From: Hypanus sabinus
Lineage: Eukaryota
Reading direction: 5' to 3'
Length of the DNA stretch: 64,000 nucleotides
Assembly: GCF_030144855.1 (NCBI RefSeq)
Contig: NC_082713.1
Span: 75,702,001 to 75,766,000, forward strand
Positions within the stretch are counted from its first letter, which is position 1. The number at the start of each line of letters is the position of its first letter. Made by a program: the position numbers and the translations under genes. The notes below the pieces were generated by a model that was given only the letters and a program-made list of their open reading frames with translations, was not told the DNA's origin and made no database searches. This document shows, piece after piece, positions 46,217 to 58,200 of the stretch.

Positions 46217-49200
46217 CTGAAAAGAGAACGTGAAACAGTCAGAGATCTCTCAGGTGCTTCTATCATTGACAGTGCTGGAGAAAGGGAGCAACTCGTATCC
46301 AAACCTCACGTATTGCAGTTCTCCATCACAGATAAAACCATCATCTCAGAATCAAACCTTTCAAAATGGAGATCACTGTAAATCAGAGCTGTGACGTTAT
46401 ATTGGGTAGGTCTGCCTTGGACCATCGTGTAGCGTTCTGGATAACTCATCTATAGGCAAGGTGTGTTTACACTGGAGGGGGCGGAAGAGGAGATACAGCA
46501 GCTCTGAAGGAATTTATCTGTGGGAAGAGATTGAATGGGGTGGGCTTGTTTATCAGGGAGTGCAGAAGGCTGAGGGAGAAAGAGTGAGAGAAAGGAGGAG
46601 GAGAGGAGGGGAGGGGGAGGAGGGGAAGGAGGTTGTAAGGGGATCTGAGGAACTCTCTACACAGAGAGTGGTTGATATATGGAATGGTGGTGGTGAGTCA
46701 GATACAAAAGTCTGGGTTGAAGGTCCATTTAGTCGATCACTTGAATAGGCCAAGATAGCAGGACAAAGACCTATTGCAGACAAATGTGATAACTGTAATG
46801 GGTGTGGCATGAACATGATGGTCTGAAGAGCCTCTTCCTGAGCTGAGACCACTCGATCAGCTAGCCCTCATTCCATTTCAAGATTTTTACTCACCTACTC
46901 TCTGACCTCGTCCTCCATCCCCACCCCCCCCCCCCCCCCCCACCCTTGGGCAGCTATGACTGAATGATGATTGCAAACAAGACAAGATTTCACAGCAGAG
47001 TCTAGTTCCTCAGCACAAACCCAGGTTTCCCCAAAAAGTGTCCTGATAATCACAACTATCTAGCCAGCCACTGGCAGACTGGGGAGAGGGACTTGATATA
47101 AACCCATGGAAAGGAAAGGGAGGCCTGGCACTCACCTTGGTCACGCGATGACCTTGGATTCCCAGAGGGTCCTGGTTAATGGCGATGACAAACGGGTTCT
47201 GAAGCAGTGCCTTGGACTCGGGGTTGAGGTTGCGAAGGTCATTTGACATCAGCAGAGGGGCTGCCATGATAGCCCACAGTGCCATCTGGGTCACCTGCTG
47301 GTTCCTGCTCAGCCCAAAGTTACCAATGACAAGCTGTCCAAGCAAAGAGAGAAGTCAGATACCACATGATGGGGCACCTCCACCAGCCCGAGCTCAGTCA
47401 CCCATTGACAACTGCGTCTTTACCTGGGATCACCGTTGGCCACGTACTCACCATATCTGGGTCGTTCCAGCCACCAGGTCCTGCCACAGACTGAATCACA
47501 TTCTGGTGTGTGGCTGTCCAACTAATGATGCTTTTCAGTGAGCTCCACGAGTCACTGATATCAATGTAGTTCCTCCACTGGTTGCAGTGATTCTTGATGT
47601 CCGTGTAATTGGGCTGGAAAAGGGAGAGATTTACCAGCAGAATCAGACACTCGCATTTGCACCCTAACTCATTTCACACACTTCGCTCCCTTCCTGACCT
47701 GGTGCCGCTTGTACCAAAAGATGAACTCTCGACCTCACAATCCATCTCGTCATGGCTTTGCAACTGACGGTCCATCTGCGTCCAGTCTCTCTGGAGCAGA
47801 CCATCTCCTGTGCGTCCAGTCTCTCCGGAGCAGACTGTCTCCTGTGCATACAGTCTCTCCGGAGCAGACAGTCTCCTGTGTGTACAGTCTCTCTGGAGCA
47901 GACCGTCTCCTGTGCGTCCAGTCTCTCCGAAGCAGACCGTCTCCTGTGCGTCCAGTCTCTCCGGAGCAGACAGTCTCCTGTGCGTCCAGTCTCTCCGGAG
48001 CAGACAGTCTCCTGTGCGTCCAGTCTCTCCGGAGCAGACCGTCTCCTGTGCGTACAGTCTCTCCGGAGCAGACAGTCTCCTGTGCGTACAGTCTCTCCGG
48101 AGCAGACAGTCTCCTGTGCGTCCAGTCTCTCCGGAGCAGACAGTCTCCTGTGCGTCCAGTCTCTCCGGAGAAAACCGTCTCCTGTGCGTCCAGTCTCTCC
48201 GGAGAAGACCGTCTCCTGTGCGTCCAGTCTCTCCGGAGAAGACCGTCTCCTGTGCGTCCAGTCTCTCCAGAGAAGACCATCTCCTGTGCGTCCAGTCTCT
48301 CCAGAGCAGACAGTCTCCTGTGCGTCCAGTCTCTCCGGAGCAGACCATCTCCTGTGCGTCCAGTCTCTCCGGAGCAGACCGTCTCCTGTGTGTCCAGTCT
48401 CTCCGGAGCAGACGGTCTCCTGTGTGTCCAGTCTCTCCGGAGCAGACGGTCAGTCTGCGTCCAGTCTCTCCGGAGCAGACCGTCTCCTGTGCGTCCAGTC
48501 TCTCCGGAGCAGACTGTCTCCTGTGCGTCCAGTCTCTCCGGAGCAGACAGTCTGACTGGGCGCCAGTCTCTCCGGAGCAGATGGTCTGCCTGCCCGCCAG
48601 TCTCTCTGGAGCTGACTGTCTCCCGTGCACCAGTCTCTCCAGAGCAGACGATCTGTCTGCATGCCAGTCTCTCCGGAGTCGACTGTCTCCTGCACAGGGT
48701 TCTGCTCAACAGGAGCAGCCACGGCCAGGGTTCAGTCCTGTCCTCAGCTGCTGTCTGTGTGGAGGTTGCATGCTCTCCCTGTGCTGGAAGGCCACGGCCT
48801 GGACTGTTAACTCTTCCTGCTGGCTGATGCTGTCTGCTTTTTTGCCAAAAGGTTTTATACCATTAGTCACGTCAGAGAAAGTGCAGCAAGGTTAGGTGAT
48901 AAACACACCCCGGTCAAAGGTCAGGACGTGACCTCACTGTACATAGTGAGATACGGCATGGAAATAGGCCATTTGGCCCATCAACTCCAGGCTGACTATC
49001 AACCACCTATTTACATTAATCCTACACTGACACCATTTTTAAAAATTCTCTCCACGTTCCCATTCAATTTCGTCTCCCTCAGATTCTACTCCATACTCAC
49101 ACACAGGGAGCAATTTGCAGCAACCCATTACCCCCCACCCACACACCACCAGCTTGAACGTCTTTGGGATGTGGGAGGGAACTGGAGCACTTAGGGGAAA

Positions 49201-52200
49201 GTACGTGGTCAGGAGAGAATGTAAACTTCACACAGACAGCCCCCGAGCTTTGGATTGAACCTGGTTCTCTGGAAACGTGAGGGAGCTGCTCGTCCAAGCC
49301 CGGCAGGGAGAGAGCTCACCAGTGCATGGTCATCTAGTGTTCCACCTCAAAAACCACCACTAAATTCATCAAATACTTCTCTTACACAAATCCGTGCTAA
49401 TCCACCGAATTTTCCAATTATGTCATCCCATTCCCCCTCCCCCTCTACTAATGTTAGGCTACCTGGTCTGTAGACCAGTTTCTCTCATTGCTTTGATTTT
49501 TTAAATTTAAAATATTATAGCGGGATTATATTTGCTCCCATTTCCCAGTCTCCAGGAACTGAACATGATGTATAAAGTTTAAGGATGACAACCAATTGTT
49601 CACCATGTCTACCTCCGGTAGGACTCTGGGAGGTGGTATTACCATCAGAAGGAACTAATTCTGCCTTCGCCACTGTCAAGGAAGCCAGTCTTCAGCCTAT
49701 TCTATTTGATATCTCAAGAGCAATCCCAAAAACCTCCACTAAGTTCATCACACAATTCTCTTACACAAACCCATGCTGACTTTGCTTAATCCACTGATTT
49801 TGTTTTAAGGCTGTAAGACACAGAAGCAGAATTAGGCCATTCAGCCCATCAAGTCTGCTCTGTCATTCCATCATGGCTGATCCCAGATCCCACTCAACCC
49901 CGTATAGCTGCCTTCTCCCCATGTCCTTCGATGCCTTCACCAATCAGGAAACTATCAACTTCCGCTTTAAATATACCCACGGACTTGGCCTCCACCGCAG
50001 TCTGTGACAGAGCATTCCACAGATTCACCACTCTCTGGGTAAAAAATTCCTCCTTACCTCTGTTCTAAAGGGTCATCCCTCAATTCTGAGGCTGTGGCCT
50101 CTAGATCTGGATACCCCTCACCATAGGAAACCTCCTCTTTACATCCACCCTATCTAGTCCTTTCAACATTCAGTAGTTTTCAATAGGATCCCCAGCACTC
50201 TTCTAAATCCCAGTGAGTACAGGTCCAAAGCCACCAAAACCTTCTCATATGTTAACCCCTTCATTCCTGGAATCATCCTCATGAACCTCCTCTGGACTCT
50301 CTCCAATGACAACACATCCTTTCTGAGATATGGGGCTCAAAACTGTTGACAATACTCCAAGTGCGGCCTGACTAGTGCCTTATAAAGCCTCAGCATTAAC
50401 TCCTTGCTTTTATATTCTATTCCCCTTGAAATAAATGCCAACGTTGCATTTGCCTTCTTTACCACAAACTGCAACATAACCTCTGTGAGTCTTTCACAAG
50501 GACTCCTAAGTCCCTCTGCTCCTCTGATGTTTGAGCCCCATGTGTGGCACCTTATCAAATGCCCTCTGAAAATTCAAGTAATTGACATCCACTGCCTGTC
50601 CTTTGTTCACCCTGCTTGTTACTCTAAAAGATTTGTCAAACAAGGTTTCCTTTACAGAAACCATGCTGACTCTGGCTTATTTCATCATTAGTCTCCAAGT
50701 ACCCGAAATCTCATCCTTAATGATAGACTCCAATTCTTTCCCAACCTCTGTGGTTAGCCTAACTGGCCTATCATTTCCTTTCTTTTCTCCTCCTCCCTTC
50801 TTAAAGAGTGGAATGACATTTGCAATTTTCCAGTCCTCTGGAACCATGCCAGAGTCAAGCGATTCTTGAAAGATCATAACCAATGCATCTGCTATCTCTT
50901 CAGCAATCTCTCTCAGGACTTTGGGATGTAGTCCATCTGGTCTAGGTGACATATCCACCTTAAGACCTTTCAGTTTGGCTAGCCCTTTTCCCTTTGTATT
51001 GGAAATGGACTCACTCCTGCCCCCTGACACTCAGGGACCTCTGGCACGCTGCTACTGTCATCCACACTGAAGACAGATGCAAAGTACCCATGAAGTTCAT
51101 CTGCCATTTCTTTGACCCCATCACTACCTCACCAGCCTTATTTTCCAGTGGTCCAACATTAACTCTCACCTCCCTTTTACTCTTGATATAACTGAAAAAA
51201 CTTTTGGTATTATTGCTTCATATTTCATCTTTTCCCTTCTTATAGTTTTCTTAGTTGCCTTTTGTTGGAGTGTAAAAGCAGCCCAAGTATCCAATTTCCC
51301 ACCCACTTTTGCCACCTTTCTGCCCCTTCCTTGGTTTTTAGACTGCTAAGTTATCACATTCTCCCCAGTACCGATGTTAAATGATTAATTAATATTACAC
51401 CAAGGTATCAATTTAAAAGTCAAAGCAAGTGAGGGCAGCTGGTGTACAGCAGACACTATGGGACCAGTGTACCCCAGTGGTGGCACTGAAAGTCCATGCC
51501 CTCGAGTTAGCCAAGCTGTTTCCGTGGTTACAACATGAGCAGAATTTCATGCAGGGGATCGCCCAGGTAAGCCTCAAAGACAAAGCACAGGCAGTTGGCT
51601 AATTGCAGTACAGCCAATGCTCGATTGTCAGCAGAATGATGGGGGTGGGGGGAGGGGAGGCGTCATCAACAGCTCTACAAGACAGCATGTATTCAACAAT
51701 AACCTGCTCACCAGAGCCAAGCTTGGGTTTCACCAGGACCACTGGGAAATAGACCTCAAACCTGGACCAGACAGGGAAATGTGAGAGCAGAGGTGAGAGA
51801 GACTTGGCTTTAACACCAAGGCAGTGTTTGACTAAGTTTGGTAAAGCTGAAGTCAATGTGCATCCCAGGGGAAATTGTTCCAGTGGCTGGAGTTACACCT
51901 GGAAAAATGGTTGGAGATTGAGCCTGAGTGATTCCCAGGATTTCACTCAGGCACCAGTGTCCTGGGACCAGCTACATCAGCAATTGCTAATCAGATGTGG
52001 AGATATTCAACAATGAAGCATGATCCCTTAACTCTACTTGTAACTCCTTGCCAAATGAAGCAGCCCACATCTGCACGCTGGAAGACCAAGTCAACATGCA
52101 GATTCGGGCTGATGAGTGACAAACAACATCAATGCCACATGAGTCTGGGGGTAAGGACCATCTCCATTGAGAGAATCTAACCATTTACCTTTGACACTCA

Positions 52201-55200
52201 ATGGAGCTGACGACTGTGGGACTCTGGTACTGACAAGCAGACAAGACTTGGGGCAGAGTAATCATGATCATATTGAATGGTAGCATAGGTTTGATGGGCC
52301 AACTGGCCTACTCCTGCTCCTATTTCTCAAGCACTTACATTACTGTTCCTAAGTACCACCATCAGTATGCTTGGGGAAGGAGGGGCACTAATTACAAAAG
52401 AAAATCAACTCAACCACACACATAGATACAATGGCTACAAGGGCAGTCCAGAGAGGAGGTACACTGGGCTTAGTGACTCCTTCCTGACACCTTGAAACGC
52501 TTCCACTATCTACAGATCACAAAGCAGGATGTGATGGACTTGCCTGGATGCCCTTCAACTCTCAAGAGATCATCATCATTCAGGCTAAGGCAGAACTCCA
52601 TTACCCTACGCATTCACTGCCTCCACCACTGGTACACAGAAGCTGCAGTGTACACCACCTACACAATGCACTGACAGCATCTTCAGACCCACAGCCTCTC
52701 CTATTCTCCCACTGAGGCAGCTACTTAGAAGCACTGCCACCTTCAGGTTCCCCTTTGCATCACACCCCACCTGACTTGGAGATACAGAAACAGCCCTTCA
52801 TTATCACTGGCTCCAACTTCTGGAATTCCCGCCCTCCCCAACATCACCTCCACAGGAACACCTTCACCAGGGGCCTGGCTCACCCCCACCTCCTCAAGGG
52901 CAATAAATGTTGGGCAGATCCCAAAAAATGATTAAAAGGTCCAACAGCTCAAAGGAACAAACTGTATTTTTAAATCATTAGTGAAATATCAATGCAGAAT
53001 GGATGGGCTGCAGTTGTCAACTGGAACCAAGTTGGATTGGACACTGATCTGCAGCATACTTAAGTTTGCTGACAACACCGCAGTCATCGGCTGAATCAAA
53101 GGTGGTGACGATCTGGCTGAGTGGTGCCACAACAATCTCTCAGTCAGTGTCAGTGAAACCAAAGAGCTGATTATTGACTATAGGAGGAGGAAGCTAGAAG
53201 TCTAGGAGCCAGTCCTCATCAGGGAATCAGAGATGGAGTCAGCCAGTAACTTTAATTCTTTGTCTCATATTTTCAGAGGATCTGTCCTGGGACCAGGGAC
53301 CTGGACGTAAGTGCCATTACAAAGAAAGCACAGCTGCACCTCTGCTTTGTTCGAAGTTTGCACAGATTCAGCATATCGTCTAAAACTTTGACAAACTTCT
53401 GAAGATGAACAGTGAAGAGTACCCTGACCAGATGCATCACAGCTGGATAGAGAAACATTAATGCCCATGAATGCAAAAGCCTACAGAAGGTAGTGCATAC
53501 TGCCCAGTCCATCACAGGAAAATCCCTACCCACCATTGAGCACATCTACAAGGAACACTGCCACAAGAAAGCACCATCCATCGTCAATGGCCCCCACCAT
53601 CTTGGCCCTGTTATCTCCTTGCTGCTACCATTGGGAAGAAAGTATAGGAAACTTAGGTCCCACAACAACAGTTAGGAACCCTTCAACCATCTGGCTCCTG
53701 AACCAGGGAGGCTAACTTCACTCACCTCATCACTGAACTGATTCCACAATCTTGCATTAATGTTGAAGAGGTCTGACTCAATTCAAAGGTTTGTGGTGTT
53801 ACAAGGAACCAGCACTAATAGATGTGGAATAGAGTCAATATATTATCAGAAAACAACAGAATTTATTAACAGTCAAGCAGAAACATAGAAAATTAAACAA
53901 CACGGAAGTTAACAGCGCTGTGTCTATAGCTCCCAAATGGTTAAACTTGGAAACAATTTTTAACAGAGTCTTATTGAAGCACAGTCTCAGAATGACAGTT
54001 CAGAAAGTTTCAGGGATTCACGGGGTAACTGAGAGGAGAGACTTTTGGATTCGAAGTCTAGTGAAGAGACGATCTTGAAGATTCAAAATACAGTCGGCCC
54101 TTCATATCCGCGAGGGATTGGTTCTGGGACCCCTTGCGGATACCAAATTTGGCAGATGCTCAAGTCCCTTATTCAACCTCTCTCAATGTGGTGGATCTTA
54201 GGACCCAGCAGAACCCCAGACCTTATTTAACCTGTTAATACGGTGGACATTAGGACCCAGCGGCAGAGATCTCAATCCACAGTGTTTCTGTTCATGAAAA
54301 TAATCACGATAATGATTGAAAATAAAAAGGAAATAATAAACGATCGGAAAGAGATGAAACACCATCGGTCATTGGAAAAGCGTTAGGCTATGTCAGTCAA
54401 CGATCGGAACAAAGGATAAAGTGAGAAAGGCTCTGCCCCGATGAAAGCTACAATTATCACTAAGCAACGCAGTGGTTTAATTATTGGGTTTTGGGTTTTT
54501 GCTCGTCCACATTGACCCGACATGGTGGAGAGCGCACTCGGGAGCAATCTGCCCAGGGCTGAAACATACGTTCTTAAGTGTTTTATATGCATAGAAAGGT
54601 AAAATATATACTATATATGAAGACAAACATTTGACTAACTGATGCTAAATAATACCGGATGTACCTGTTCTGACTTACTTAGTAAGAGAACATCCGATTT
54701 TTTTCGATCCCGATCCATGATAACCCACGCACATCCTCCCGTATACTTTAAATCATCTCCAGATTACTTATAATACCTGATACAATGTAAGTGCCATGTA
54801 AGATAGTTGTTATACTGCATTATTAAATGACAAGAAAAAAAAGTCTGTACATGCTCGAACAACAAGTGCTGGAAGAGCACTTCCGGGTTTTCTCGATTCG
54901 TGGTTGGTTGAATTCGCGGATAAGACTGCACAGCGAAGAAGCAAGTCTTGCAGAGATACGCCAAAAACGGCCACCGTACCATTCCAAAGGTGGTTCGGCA
55001 GAGACACACAGTACCTCTCGAGCACTGATCTCACAAAGCAGCCACCGTACCTTTACAGAGGAAGCGAGGTCACGAAGAGGTCTGTTTCAAAGAGTCTACG
55101 AAGAGTCCATACAAAGTCAGAATTTCACCACGTAACTGACAGGAGAAGTCCCTTTTCCAGGAGTGGTCACCACAAACCCGAGACCTTGCAGGGATTCACC

Positions 55201-58200
55201 AAAGTGGGTGCCAAAAACCCACGTTTGAATTATCCAGTTCCACAACATATGAAGCAACTCCAACAGTGATTTGCCACAGGGTTGCCTTCATTGAATTACC
55301 ACACCCAGACAAAGGTTAGGTCACACGTGGTACTCGCAAAGGTTTTCCCTCACCAAAGAACCCACTCCTATGGATTAACTATGTGACAATCACGCTCTCA
55401 TATTCGAATGGAAACATGAGCTACTTGGAGAGAGTCCAAATGGTGATCTCTTTGTCACTAGCTTTCTTCTGTTTCAAACCTTCCTCTCTGCTCTTCTCTG
55501 CAACTGCCTCCAGCTGCAGCAACTGTGAGAGTCATACTCTGGATCGACCCTTCGGGTTACTGAAAGCTTAAACCAGCGACCGACTCACTGGTGTCTTTCA
55601 CTGACAGAATCCATGCTCGACTCTCCGGAGCAATCTGCGCTGCTCCCTTTATACTGTTGGGGTAGGCCATCGCATGACACTCACAGAAACAGTCACAGAT
55701 TCCCAGTACATCACGTACCGTCCCAGGTGTTGAAACCGGGGTTCGTGACAGTGGGGTCAGCGATGCAGGAGAGGAACTGCCTTCCTTGCGCTGACCAGTC
55801 AAAAGAATCACATTGTTCACAAGATCCTGAAATTCTGCCACCACCATTCCAAATATCTGCACTACATAGGGTAGCTGGGACTCTCCGAACTTCTGAGCTA
55901 TTGATACTTGGCACAGCGGGCAGCACAAGAGATGGAGCCAGGGCCTCATAGCACCAGAGACCAGGGTTCAGTCCTGCCCTCAGCTGCTGTCTATGTGGAG
56001 GTTGCACATTCTCCCTGTGACCACGCAGGCATCCAGGCAACATCCTGGCCAATCTCCTCTGAACTCGTTCCTTCACAACCACATCCTTCTTGGAGCATGA
56101 CTATTCTAGGAGTGATCTAATAATTGTTTTGTAACATTGAAACATAGCTTTCCTATTTTTACATTCTCTACTCTCACCTATGAAGGTAATGACGCATAAA
56201 CATTCTTCACCACCCTGACCACCGATGTTGCCACTTCTAAGGTCTCTTTGTTTGTCGACACTCCCTAGGACCCTGCCATTTGCTGTGTACATTCTACTCC
56301 CATTTAACCTCCCAAGATGCTCTCATGGGATTACATTCCATCTGCAAGGGTGTTGTGTGTGGACTGTGAAGACCAAATATTGGGGAAGGAGTGGTCATAG
56401 AGGATGAGGGTAAGGGTAGATCTGGTGCCTTCTGCCCCTCACTCACTGCAGGTGTCATTGGTCAACAGTATGGCCTATTAGCCTTGCACTAATGGCCCAC
56501 CAGACAGCTGTGTGACAATCAGAACATCAAGGGAAACTCAAAGAACCCATGAACATTTTCCACCTCGCAGACCGGAGGGACAACAAGCGCCTTTCTGTTC
56601 CAGGACGAGTGACAGTGGGTGCAGTCAGGGCTTGTGTCCCTGATCCTACCTTGGTGCAGTGGGAGAGCAAGGGAGTGAGAAAGCGGGAAGCCTGGCTGGC
56701 AGGCCCTACCTGCTGAAAAGGCCGGAGGTATAAAGGCCACTCACAGGAGTATACAATACTTCGGCCCGTCCGATTCAAGGCCAGAGACATGTTCTTGTAA
56801 CCTGAAAATACAGAGGACAGAGGTTAAACCCGAAATGCCCTTCTACCTCCGGTTACAGTGACACCATGGCCACGTTCCGTTGGGCTGATAATCCCTCAGC
56901 GCTACAGACGAGTGGCTGTTGTTACGTACCCCGTAACTGGGTCACTTACCAGCAAAGATAGAGAGGTCCATTGAAGTCTGATGGTACAATTTTTAACAGT
57001 ATTTACTGATAAAAATACACAAAAATAATATCAATGCATACAGATAATATACGTCGTCAATACTACATCTAAAAGCGCAGGTATAATAATCAATAAGAAA
57101 TAGCTCTATCGTTGTCTAGGGGATAACGTATTGTCCGATGGAAATGTAAAAGTCACTTTAGTTCATTCAGGCTGCAGCCTTTGGTTGGAGAGAGAGACGA
57201 TGTTTTTAGAATTTACCCGTTTTCCTTTTTATGATGTCGATCCTACAAAATGTCGTCAGTGGTGATCTCTTCTTTAGCTAAGCCGTCTTCCATGGTAAGG
57301 CATCAATCCCGGGCAACGGGAAAGGACACACGTGGGCCTTCCACCGGCTGTCGCTATTAAACACTGTCACGGGATTTCCAGCATTTCTCCTGGTGCGTCT
57401 AAAGGGGTTGTTCCCCAGACCCTCTTTTATCCTGACTCACAGGGTCTCAGATGTCAATCAGGTCGGGATGATGCAATCCCTCAACCAGTCCACTCTGTTC
57501 ATTGCCTGCGGGCTTCGATGAATAGTACAGTACTCAATACACAATTCCGTCTCCAAGAGATAATGGCCGTTATCCGTGGCTTTGTCTCTCGGAGGCCCAG
57601 GACACATTCCGAACCTTGAGGAATCTGCGTGTCTCTCTCTCATTTCCTGGGTCCCAGACCTGAATTAATAGCGATCTTGTGATTCTCAAAAAGGAGGGGG
57701 CTACTTTGTACCCTTCGGCCCCTCAGAGTTGGGGCACAGGAGTAACACTGTCTACACCAGAGCCCTGGACAGCAAGGGATGAGTTAACCCCAGAACCTCG
57801 TTACTCAGTTTAGATACGAGACAGTAGGCACAGGTTTCCAGGAGTCACGTCAATCATCCCTAACGTACTGAATCTCCCAGCAGGGACACCATTCCACATT
57901 GGCCCTCCTCCCCCCAACTCACCTTCGATCAGCAGGTCTATGTTAATGAAATTGCAGCCATCAAACTTCAGCAGGTCCACGCCCCACTCAGCAAAGGTCT
58001 TAGCATCCAGCTCGTAAAAGCCAAAACTGCCCGGATACCCGGCACAGGTATGGGTGCCCACATCCTGATAGATGCCCAGCTTCAGGCCTTTAGAGTGCAC
58101 CTGCCTCGGGAGAAAGGGGGCAGGGTCAACACCAAGCAGGGGAGCAGCACAGTCGCACAGTTAGTTGAGTTGGAGCCCTACAGCGGCAGGGGCATGGGTT

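Noticed and set aside
46925-46941. Long C run (and G run at about 10483-10497) as G-quadruplex elements
   Set aside because: Simple homopolymers, error-prone in assemblies, with no further support
47674-48895. Five overlapping ORFs of 267-372 aa; CRISPR-like palindromic repeats
   Set aside because: Contiguous 34-bp minisatellite with no unique spacers and no cas genes, inside a vertebrate intron
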